Of a stretch of DNA of 20,000 nucleotides, positions 1 to 7,323 are shown piece after piece. The translations under genes were made by a program, and so were the position numbers. Origin of the DNA: an uncultured virus (IMG/VR IMGVR_UViG_3300031758_000043) (taxonomy: Duplodnaviria > Heunggongvirae > Uroviricota > Caudoviricetes); the IMG/VR virus record IMGVR_UViG_3300031758_000043, positions 58,258 to 78,257 of that record. The stretch is one strand, 5' to 3'. Every line of letters begins with the position of its first letter. The first letter of the stretch is position 1. The notes under the pieces were generated by a model. It searched no databases and was not told where the DNA came from. It saw only the letters and a list, made by a program, of their open reading frames with translations.

Positions 1-322
1 GCCGGAGCTTTTTGAGCAAGGTAGGGTCTACAAGGTGATGACTCCTCTTGTAGTGGCTAAAAAGGGTAAAGATTCCCTAAACTTCTACACCAATGAGGAG
101 TTTGACGCTTGGGAGAAGAAAACCAAGACCTCAGGTTGGGAGATTGAGTACAAGAAGGGACTTGGAGCCCTTGAGGACGCAGAATACGAAGAAATAATAA
201 AGAATCCTTACTTAGTACAGATAAAGAACGATAAGGATTACAAGGGATCGCTAGAATCTTGGTTTGGGAGAGATTCTCAACCTAGGAAGGAAAAGATCCT
301 CGGAAATAACGAAGAGAGATGA
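1..322 (+). CDS. Type II DNA topoisomerase large subunit, C-terminal TOPRIM part (T4 gp39/gp60-like); 5' truncated by window edge
   Basis: Frame open from base 2: PELFEQGRVYKVMTPLVVAK...WEIEYKKGLGALEDAEY...WFG; PELF..GR and Y.KGLG motifs are typical of T4-type topo II; lies directly upstream of gp52. Confidence 0.9.
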   Translation, partial: PELFEQGRVYKVMTPLVVAKKGKDSLNFYTNEEFDAWEKKTKTSGWEIEYKKGLGALEDAEYEEIIKNPYLVQIKNDKDYKGSLESWFGRDSQPRKEKILGNNEER

Positions 323-432
323 AATATCATAATGAACACCAAAGAGCTCCCAAATTTATCCTTATTTGGGTCATAATCCTAGTTGGATTCTTCGCTGGAA
401 TGACAGCAATCATCTCAACCGCAATAAAATAG
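319..432 (+). CDS. Small single-pass membrane protein (37 aa), not in ORF track
   Basis: ATG overlaps the upstream TGA (ATGA 319-322); MKYHNEHQRAPKFILIWVIILVGFFAGMTAIISTAIK, TAG at 430-432; fills the gap between the topoisomerase genes; long hydrophobic stretch. Confidence 0.65.
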   Translation: MKYHNEHQRAPKFILIWVIILVGFFAGMTAIISTAIK

Positions 433-438
433 AGAAGA

Positions 439-1812
439 ATGGCAAAACCCATCATAAAAACAGTAACTGACTACTTAGACAACGATTATAAGGAATATGC
501 AGTCTATGTTGTCGAAGAGAGAGCAATACCTTCAGTGATTGACGGGTTCAAGCCCACTCAACGTAAGGTGATATTCATTGCCAATAAGGTATGGAGAAAC
601 GGGAGTGAGAAACCACTAAAGATATTTCAGTTAGCCGGTAGAGTCGCAGCAGACGCCTTTTATCACCATGGAGACGGATCCTTAAACTCTGCGATCATTG
701 GAATGGCTCAAAGATTCAAAAACTCTATGCCTGTCCTAGAAGATATTGGACAGTTCGGTTCTTTGCGATCGCCGGAGGCGGCCGCTCCTCGATATATCGC
801 AACTAGATTACATAAGAACTTTAGACTTCTATACAAGGACTTTGAGCTTCTTGAATCTAGACACGAGGAGGGCAATGAGATCGAACCTAAATACTTTTTA
901 CCCATAATTCCTACTGTTCTCCTAAATGGAGGTAGCGGAATCGCAGTCGGCTTCTCAACCAACATCCTAAATAGAAACCCTTTGCACCTAATTGATGCCT
1001 GCTTAAAGTCGCTGGAAGGTAAAAAATATACTGAGCCTGCACCATGGTATCAGGAATTTAGAGGAACATGTCAGCTATTAGATACTCCTGATGCTAAGTT
1101 CTCATGGCTATTTTCAGGCAAGTATGAGGTAAGGAACACATCCACTGTCACGATCAGCGATCTTCCTCCTTCCGTTACCTATGAGAAGTTTGATCAATAT
1201 CTAATAGATCTTGAGGATTCTCGTAGGATTGTGAGCTATGAAAACAACTGTAAGTCGAACATAAGTTATACTATAAAGTTCAGAAGAGAGGACCTAAAAG
1301 CTCTTTCTGATTCTTCCAGGCTAAACCGATTCCTAAAGATGGAGGAGAAGCAGACTGAAAACTTCACAGTATTAGATGAGTTCGGCAAGCTTAAAGTATT
1401 TACTTCAGCCAGTGAGATCATTGAGTATTTCGTCAGCTTTAGGCTCTCTTTCTACGATAAGCGTAAGCAGTACCTAATAGACAAAGCAGAACAAGAATTA
1501 TTAGTCCTTTCAAACAAGGCCAGGTTCATCAAGGATATTATTGATGGCAAACTAAAGGTGAACAATGTTCCTCGTAAGGAGATAGTTCTGTATTTACAGA
1601 CTGCTGATTTTGATGAGGTAAACGGATCGTATCAGTATCTACTTTCTCTTCCTATCTATACTCTTACTAAGGAGACGTATGAGGAATTGATCGAAGCTGA
1701 AAAGCAAAAAATTGAGGAAATCACTAGGCTAAAAGCGATGGAACCTAAACAAATGTATAGGGAAGATTTACAAGAATTGAAAAAAGCCCTACAAAAGGAG
1801 TATAATAACTAA
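439..1812 (+). CDS. gp52: Type II DNA topoisomerase medium subunit (T4 gp52-like, GyrA/ParC breakage-reunion domain)
   Basis: RAIPSVIDGFKPTQRK, YHHGDGSL, GQFGS, AAAPRYI (catalytic Tyr), LLNGGSGIAVGFSTNI; 457 aa with no GyrA C-terminal pinwheel. Confidence 0.95.
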   Translation: MAKPIIKTVTDYLDNDYKEYAVYVVEERAIPSVIDGFKPTQRKVIFIANKVWRNGSEKPLKIFQLAGRVAADAFYHHGDGSLNSAIIGMAQRFKNSMPVLEDIGQFGSLRSPEAAAPRYIATRLHKNFRLLYKDFELLESRHEEGNEIEPKYFLPIIPTVLLNGGSGIAVGFSTNILNRNPLHLIDACLKSLEGKKYTEPAPWYQEFRGTCQLLDTPDAKFSWLFSGKYEVRNTSTVTISDLPPSVTYEKFDQYLIDLEDSRRIVSYENNCKSNISYTIKFRREDLKALSDSSRLNRFLKMEEKQTENFTVLDEFGKLKVFTSASEIIEYFVSFRLSFYDKRKQYLIDKAEQELLVLSNKARFIKDIIDGKLKVNNVPRKEIVLYLQTADFDEVNGSYQYLLSLPIYTLTKETYEELIEAEKQKIEEITRLKAMEPKQMYREDLQELKKALQKEYNN

Positions 1813-1815
1813 AAT

Positions 1816-2055
1816 ATGGCAGAATTCTCAAAACAATACTGTGAAAGAAAGTTTCCTGAGATGCCAGGAGACTTTGATATCCTGGAAATGGCTAAGGATC
1901 TTTCTAACGGCAACTATGTTCCCATGATCTGTGAGGGTTATGGATTCATCGCTATAGGTAAGGACGAGACTGGATCGATAGTGCTCGCATTTCCTGAAGA
2001 TTCTAACCCGACTCCATCAGCGATTTGGAAACCTTATGAGGAAGTCGTAGTTTAA
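1816..2055 (+). CDS. Hypothetical phage protein (79 aa)
   Basis: Starts 3 nt after gp52 stop, A-rich upstream; MAEFSKQYC...GDFDI...ICEGYG. Confidence 0.75.
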   Translation: MAEFSKQYCERKFPEMPGDFDILEMAKDLSNGNYVPMICEGYGFIAIGKDETGSIVLAFPEDSNPTPSAIWKPYEEVVV

Positions 2056-2071
2056 TAGAAAAACTTAAACG

Positions 2072-2338
2072 ATGAAGCTTCTTACTTTACTTACTTTTTT
2101 CACAAGCATGGGTATAGCCTTATCCCAGGAACCCATCATAAATGATTATGTCGTGGCTACGCCAGACAGATCTAAAGTCTGGATAATAAACAATCCGACT
2201 GGTCAATTAATATACGACAACTGGCAACAGAATCCAGAATACAATGGAATTAGGCCAAGTGTTGCCCTAGTTGAGGACCTGGAACCATATCGTAGGAGGG
2301 TAAAAAAGATGACTAAAAATTCTAAAAAAAGCAAATAA
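2072..2338 (+). CDS. Hypothetical protein with probable Sec signal peptide (88 aa)
   Basis: MKLLTLLTFFTSMGIALS|QEP: basic N-terminus, hydrophobic core, A-L-S cleavage site; basic C-terminus. Confidence 0.65.
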   Translation: MKLLTLLTFFTSMGIALSQEPIINDYVVATPDRSKVWIINNPTGQLIYDNWQQNPEYNGIRPSVALVEDLEPYRRRVKKMTKNSKKSK

Positions 2339-2339
2339 T

Positions 2340-2768
2340 ATGACTATTGCACAAGCATTAAAAGAAAAGAACAAAAAGGTGACTAAGTTATCTAGTATGT
2401 GGGACAGACTTCAGCGTTACAACGTGGTGAATGAGGGAGAGGCTAAACCGTATACTAGCGAAAATACTTGGGAGGAGATCAATCGATTAACTAGCGAACT
2501 GATAGAATTAAAGACTAGAATTCATGCGGCGTCTGAGCCTGTTCGAGCTAAGATCTTTATGCTTTCTGAACTAAAGAGCAAGGCACAACGACTAAAGGGT
2601 ATGAACACAAACAATGGAACCTATAGAGATCGTTATTCTGAAACAACTATCTCACAAGTAGCAGAGTTTGATGTGCTTTGGAAGGACGGAATGGTTGAAC
2701 TTATCGAAATGGAAATAGAAACTATTCAGGAAGAACTAGATAAGTTTAACCATACAACGAACATCTAG
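2340..2768 (+). CDS. DIP1984/septicolysin-like helical protein (142 aa)
   Basis: M-x-I-A-Q-A-L-K start, N.V.EGE...Y, L..L...I...S, RDRYS and terminal I..IQ.ELD.FN pattern resemble the DIP1984 family as recalled; not confirmed by search. Confidence 0.6.
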   Translation: MTIAQALKEKNKKVTKLSSMWDRLQRYNVVNEGEAKPYTSENTWEEINRLTSELIELKTRIHAASEPVRAKIFMLSELKSKAQRLKGMNTNNGTYRDRYSETTISQVAEFDVLWKDGMVELIEMEIETIQEELDKFNHTTNI

Positions 2769-2961
2769 GGCGGGCCCAAGACTAGGGAGCGGACTATTAG
2801 TATGTGAAGCAGCAAAGCTTTGTACAACTTCTAGACTTTAAAGGATGTTAGATGGTGATTGTGAGGGTCAAGATTCAAGATTCATAATGGTTCAACACTC
2901 TTCTGTCAAACATCAAAACTCTGGATTACTTTTAGACCATCACTTTTCACGGGCTTGCCCT
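2767..2961 (+). ncRNA. Putative structured RNA or 3' UTR element with 7-nt repeats
   Basis: Closing helix AGGGCGGGCCC (2767-2777) with GGGCTTGCCCT (2951-2961), 11 bp incl. 2 G-U; nested GTGAAG(2804-09)/TTTCAC(2945-50) and GATGGT(2851-56)/ACCATC(2936-41); terminator follows. Confidence 0.5.
2868..2926 (+). repeat. Degenerate 7-nt tandem repeat, TC(A)NNNN x8
   Basis: TCAAGAT TCAAGAT TCATAAT (GGT) TCAACAC TCTTCTG TCAAACA TCAAAAC TCTGGAT. Confidence 0.6.
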
Positions 2962-2972
2962 CCTATATATAG

Positions 2973-3001
2973 AAGAAGAGGATCTTTCGATCCTCTTCTT
3001 T
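2973..3001. terminator. Intrinsic terminator, probably bidirectional, between convergent transcription units
   Basis: Perfect 12-bp stem AAGAAGAGGATC-TTTC-GATCCTCTTCTT located between the end of the plus-strand block and the stop of minus gene 3003..3932. Confidence 0.85.
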
Positions 3002-3002
3002 G

Positions 3003-3932
3003 TTATAATATGATTTCTAAGATCTTTTCAGCGACGCTAATAAATTGATCACTAGTTAATACTGGTTCTCCAGGCTGAGTCGAAACTAATGCATACACGA
3101 TTCTGCTTCTATCTGAGATTCCTATTACTGCATGATCATCGTTATCGTTACTATCTCCTCCATCGTCGTCTTCAAATTCGTGAGTTATGCCATCCGAACT
3201 TCCTGGAATCAAGATCAGGTGATTTATCGTAGGGTCTGTGTCCAATGGATCTTCCAAATTAGTCTTATAGAAAAGGGTCCAGCCAGGTATGACTTCTTCA
3301 ATTGATCCGCCATTAACCGTGTCTTCATCTGAACCTACATTACCTGTTATCGAAAATTCTGATACTGATGTATTGTCAGCAACCATCACAAAGAGTCCAG
3401 GATACATGTTTGTGAAGTACTTTGATCCTGGTCCAAAGTAAGAGTTTCCGTCGCTTACTATACCATCCATTGGAGGACTTGTGTATTCGTTCTCATCATC
3501 TTCATTATCAGCCTGAGTGTGAGTGTACGGTATGCTGGTTGCTGCTAATGGATTATCCTCGTCTATCCCACCTTCTTTAATGATATCATACAGATTAGTC
3601 AAGTTAGTGTTCAAGTAGTTTCCACCGTCGTACATATCGTCTCCTCCGTCGTTTATTCCTGGCAAAGGATCGCCAGTCTCCCCGCTCGTAGTGTAATCGT
3701 CCCAAAAAAGATAGATGTTCGGCACAAGAGCAGTGATTTCAGAATACTTAGCATTCAATTTACTTAAAGCTAGATCTATCCACTCGCTAGTTTGGATTCT
3801 GCTGCCGCCTCCTACTCCTCCTTGAGCTTGAAGTCTCATGCGCATTGCTTGCTCATATAGAGCCTGTTGTTCAAAGAAAGATCGCAAGTCCTTTTGTTCT
3901 CTGCTCTCTTCTCCCCAATTTATAAATGACAT
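3003..3932 (-). CDS. Acidic hypothetical protein (309 aa), possible virion or head-associated protein
   Basis: Long ORF co-oriented with and downstream of head genes; helical N-terminal segment, GGVGGGS linker, then D/G/N-rich domain (INDGGDDMYDGGNYL). Confidence 0.8.
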   Translation of the reverse strand: MSFINWGEESREQKDLRSFFEQQALYEQAMRMRLQAQGGVGGGSRIQTSEWIDLALSKLNAKYSEITALVPNIYLFWDDYTTSGETGDPLPGINDGGDDMYDGGNYLNTNLTNLYDIIKEGGIDEDNPLAATSIPYTHTQADNEDDENEYTSPPMDGIVSDGNSYFGPGSKYFTNMYPGLFVMVADNTSVSEFSITGNVGSDEDTVNGGSIEEVIPGWTLFYKTNLEDPLDTDPTINHLILIPGSSDGITHEFEDDDGGDSNDNDDHAVIGISDRSRIVYALVSTQPGEPVLTSDQFISVAEKILEIIL

Positions 3933-3941
3933 AATAAAAGA

Positions 3942-4304
3942 TTATTTTAGTGTAAGCAAGTATTTTAGCTTATTTACTGCAGCAAGCAGCTCATCTCTCA
4001 GGTTTAAGAGATCACTATCTCGTTGAGGATTTAACTGATTATTAAGAGACAATAGGAAATCTGTAATAGTCTCTAAGAACTCATCCTGGTTCATCTCGCC
4101 GATGTTTGATAAGATAATTTGATCATCCTTTTCTACTGCAAGACGTCCATATTTTCCCATGTATATCTCTACGAAATCATCAGTCAGAGCGCTAAATGTA
4201 TCGTATGCTTCTCCATATGCTTGGTGTCGTGCGTAGGATTGGGTCTGCCAGTGTAGTACTTTAAACTGTGACTGTATGCCCAAGAACATTGATATGATTG
4301 TCAT
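3942..4304 (-). CDS. Ferritin-like / Dps-like protein (DUF5856-type of T4-like phages)
   Basis: LHWQT.SYARHQA...YD......DDFVE.YMGKYGR and terminal L.N.RDE.L..VNKLKYLLTL; H..H..D..E resembles Dps ferroxidase ligands. Confidence 0.8.
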   Translation of the reverse strand: MTIISMFLGIQSQFKVLHWQTQSYARHQAYGEAYDTFSALTDDFVEIYMGKYGRLAVEKDDQIILSNIGEMNQDEFLETITDFLLSLNNQLNPQRDSDLLNLRDELLAAVNKLKYLLTLK

Positions 4305-4312
4305 CTTGTGAG

Positions 4313-4326
4313 TTTTTATTATTTAT
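4313..4326 (-). promoter_or_regulatory. Putative late promoter ATAAATAATAAAAA (T4 TATAAATA-like)
   Basis: Identical 14-mer also lies upstream of the protease gene (8066-8079); located just downstream of the capsid terminator. Confidence 0.6.
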
Positions 4327-4336
4327 CTCTATAAAC

Positions 4337-4366
4337 AAAAAAAGAGGACTCTTACGAATCCTCTTT
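4337..4366 (-). terminator. Intrinsic terminator after major capsid gene
   Basis: Minus strand AAAGAGGAUUC-GUAA-GAGUCCUCUUU then UUUU; GNRA loop; the U-G wobble only pairs on the minus strand. Confidence 0.88.
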
Positions 4367-4387
4367 CTATATTTGCTTTTATTCAGA

Positions 4388-6055
4388 TTAGCTGAATGAA
4401 GGAGCAACACCACCAGTAAGAACTGCGATATCACCTTGGATATCCATGTTCACATACTGAGTTTCAGGATGCCATCCACCCTCTGTGATCGCGTAACGAG
4501 ATTTCATACCGATCTTAGGAGAGAATGTTCCTTCAGAGATAGTCTGAAGAGATTCAGCCATGATGTACGGCATGAATTTAACTCCAGGCTCCTCGTCTGC
4601 ACCTTTACGTCCGATACAGATTCTTGGATCTCCCCAAGATAAGTTAGGATCAACGTAAACTTGTACACCGTAAACTTTACCAGCTGGGTAAAGGTTACCT
4701 GCAACACCGCCCATATCAGTAGGTACAGTTGCAATAGAGTAACCAGCAACGTCAGCCAAAGCAGAAGCAAGGCGACCGTTGGTTACCATGAATGTACCAG
4801 CACCGAAACGACCTCTGTGGTAGATTAGGTTAGCAAGTTCAAGAACTTTAGTAACCAATCTTCTTTGCAATGTAGAAACGTTTTCGAATCCACCTGCACC
4901 AGCAGCTAGGTCAAGAGTAGTGATTCCAGCACCCTCAACTAGCGCGATCTCACCGTTGTGATAATCAGCCAATTGGAATACTCGGTCAACCAATCTCTTA
5001 TTGATAGATTGAGCAAGCTCGTTAACTGCTACGTTCTCTAACATAGAGATAACGTCGTAGTTCCAAACTCTGTTCAAGTCTTGGATCTGCTCAACAGTTG
5101 CAGAGATTGATACTTGATCAGTCTCAGCTTCAACGAACTTAGTGAACATTCTAAGACCCATTTGACGGAACTTAGAGTTCTCACCAGCTTCTCTCTTCAT
5201 TGATCCAGGAACGTTTCCTGTACCAGGAAGGTAAGAACCATTGAATTGGCTGCTAGTTGAAGATGTACCAGCATCCCAGTAATCAGCATCAGAAACTGAT
5301 GTGAAACCAGAAATGTGGTTCTCTAAAGCAGAAACCAACTGAACGTTAGCTGGAACAATTGCAGCAGAAGTATCACCAGCAATAGTGAAAGTAACACCAT
5401 TCAACTGAGTTGCAAGAGAATCACTAGTTCCATCGTCTTCAAGGATACGAACAATTGCCGTTCCGTCTACACGAGAGAATCCAACGAAATCTGCAGATCC
5501 ACCCCAACCTGCACCACCGGGAGTAACAGCGTCACCCGCAACAGCACTGTTGAAAGTAGAGTAGTCAAAACCTACAAGTTTAACCAAGTAAGGTTCGAAC
5601 TCAGAACCAGAAGTACGACCTCCAGCATATAGATAATCCAAGTAAGGAAGGAATCCAACTGGAGAATCCATAGGGATAACTGGAACTAGGTCGAAACCAA
5701 TAGTTTTTGCTGCTACTTGAATAGCAACTGGTAAAAGTGATGGAAATTTATCACCAGAACCGTTAGCGCTAGCTGAGAAAGAATTCTTAGCTCCTGCAGT
5801 GAACGGAGTCATTGCTGATGTTGGAGCTGATGGGTTCCCCATGAAACCACCAAGAGATCCTGGTGTTTGGAAGAACACTCCTGGAGAAGAATTCTCGAAT
5901 ACAGGTGCTGTGTTGTCGAAGATCGCGTGGTTGTGAGCGTACTCAGCTAACCAAGGCGTGTTCTCAACGTTCGCACCATATCCTTCAAGAATCGGCTTCC
6001 AGGTGTTTGTCAAACGAGTGTCGTTTGAACGTCTGAAAATTTTAGTACGTGCCAT
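4388..6055 (-). CDS. gp23: Major capsid protein (T4 gp23-like), 555 aa
   Basis: N-terminal WKPILE, DLVPVIPM.SP.G, TVEQIQDL, ELAQSINK, RGRFGAGTFMV, VYVDP, FMPYI, FSPKIGMKSRYAI; directly downstream of protease/scaffold; own terminator. Confidence 0.93.
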   Translation of the reverse strand: MARTKIFRRSNDTRLTNTWKPILEGYGANVENTPWLAEYAHNHAIFDNTAPVFENSSPGVFFQTPGSLGGFMGNPSAPTSAMTPFTAGAKNSFSASANGSGDKFPSLLPVAIQVAAKTIGFDLVPVIPMDSPVGFLPYLDYLYAGGRTSGSEFEPYLVKLVGFDYSTFNSAVAGDAVTPGGAGWGGSADFVGFSRVDGTAIVRILEDDGTSDSLATQLNGVTFTIAGDTSAAIVPANVQLVSALENHISGFTSVSDADYWDAGTSSTSSQFNGSYLPGTGNVPGSMKREAGENSKFRQMGLRMFTKFVEAETDQVSISATVEQIQDLNRVWNYDVISMLENVAVNELAQSINKRLVDRVFQLADYHNGEIALVEGAGITTLDLAAGAGGFENVSTLQRRLVTKVLELANLIYHRGRFGAGTFMVTNGRLASALADVAGYSIATVPTDMGGVAGNLYPAGKVYGVQVYVDPNLSWGDPRICIGRKGADEEPGVKFMPYIMAESLQTISEGTFSPKIGMKSRYAITEGGWHPETQYVNMDIQGDIAVLTGGVAPSFS

Positions 6056-6084
6056 TTTTATACACTGATTTTTTTAGTTGTTTA

Positions 6085-7323
6085 TTACCCTCGGTAGTTT
6101 GCTCCTCTGAGCATGTTCTCTAGGTAATTTTGAGAGTAACCTCTCTGCATCTCAACAACCTGATTTACAGGTACTAGGCCTTCTGTACTTTGGCTCTCGT
6201 TGAGTTGTTGCATTTTATTATTTTGTTTTTGAATTTCAATTCTTTCGTTAACTCCTCTTAGGTCTACTTCGTCCCAGAAAGCTTTAACTTGATATGGAGT
6301 GTTCACTGAATAAAGCTGAGCTTTTGCGTGAATTCTTCCTTGCTCGCTCTCATTCATCTCGTTCCAGATAGGTTTGTACTCAGCTGGCATGAATCGTAAG
6401 TAAGTAGGAATGTTTTGCTCTTTGTGATTGATCACTGCTTCCATGATTCCAGTGATATCATTCTCATTGAACCATACTGATCCGTTAAGAGCTTCTACGA
6501 TAGCTTGTTTAGTTCCTGCTTCAAGACCAAAGAAAGATTTCTTGTTTGCCTCACTCATAACCTTTAAGAAAGGATATTTGTTTTCAAGCACTGCTTTAGA
6601 AGACTTATCGTTTACTTCAGTGATCACTCGGTCAACTTTAGAGATAAGGTTATCGATTGAGCTAGACTCATTCAATCCGCTAACTCCTCCAAGAACGTTT
6701 CTAGTTCTTAGTTTAGTTCCGTCTGTTAAAGACTCGGCAATGTACTCAGAGTATCCAATAGATTGTCCAAGTTTTTCAGATAAGTACTGAGCGTATTCTC
6801 TGTTCAAGTTAACGTTCTCAGAAACGTATTCAGTAAATTCAATTCCTCGGTTAGCACCTTCAGCAACGTATTCTGTGTACTGGATGTTTTTGTCAAGCTC
6901 CTCAGCCAAGTAGTTTTGGTACTTGATAGAATTGTTTAAGCTCTCTTTAATGTATTCAGAATAGTTGATAGACTGATTCAATTTCTCAGAAACATAATCT
7001 TGGTAGTTTACTGAACGGTTCAACATCTCTCCAAGGTAAGAAGAATATTCGATACCATTGTTCGCTGTCTCAGCAACGTGCTCAGTATAATTAATAGACT
7101 GATTTACCTTGTGAGAAAGATAATCAGCGTAATTGATTACTCCCTCAAGAGATTCTGCCAAGTAATTAACATAGCTTCTCAAATCAGAGTCAGTACTTGG
7201 AGAATTTTGTGATGATTCAAGCACGGATCTGTGATTCTTCAATTCTTTCTTAATACCAGTGAACTGTTTTTGCAGAACTTCGGAATACTTATCCATCTGC
7301 TCTTTTGTTACAAACTCTGCCAT
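6085..7323 (-). CDS. Putative nested in-frame scaffold protein (412 aa, MAEFVTKEQM...)
   Basis: Internal ATG preceded by AAAAAAATAACAACACA, like other A-rich starts here, and by GATAAATAAA at 7387-7396. Confidence 0.55.
   Translation of the reverse strand: MAEFVTKEQMDKYSEVLQKQFTGIKKELKNHRSVLESSQNSPSTDSDLRSYVNYLAESLEGVINYADYLSHKVNQSINYTEHVAETANNGIEYSSYLGEMLNRSVNYQDYVSEKLNQSINYSEYIKESLNNSIKYQNYLAEELDKNIQYTEYVAEGANRGIEFTEYVSENVNLNREYAQYLSEKLGQSIGYSEYIAESLTDGTKLRTRNVLGGVSGLNESSSIDNLISKVDRVITEVNDKSSKAVLENKYPFLKVMSEANKKSFFGLEAGTKQAIVEALNGSVWFNENDITGIMEAVINHKEQNIPTYLRFMPAEYKPIWNEMNESEQGRIHAKAQLYSVNTPYQVKAFWDEVDLRGVNERIEIQKQNNKMQQLNESQSTEGLVPVNQVVEMQRGYSQNYLENMLRGANYRG

Noticed and set aside
1..322. 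T4 gene 60-type translational bypass or intron
   Set aside because: The visible frame is uninterrupted; upstream part is outside the window
708..965. Minus ORF inside gp52
   Set aside because: Antisense shadow of a confident gene
2868..2926. CRISPR-like array
   Set aside because: Units are only 7 nt with no repeat-spacer structure and no cas genes in the window
2845..3048. 67-aa plus-strand ORF
   Set aside because: Runs through the terminator hairpin into the convergent gene; no recognisable motif; 7-nt periodicity fits non-coding sequence better
4368..4375. TATATTTG matching the Bacteroidota -7 promoter consensus on the plus strand
   Set aside because: Points antisense into the capsid gene, no supporting -33 element seen; likely chance in AT-rich DNA
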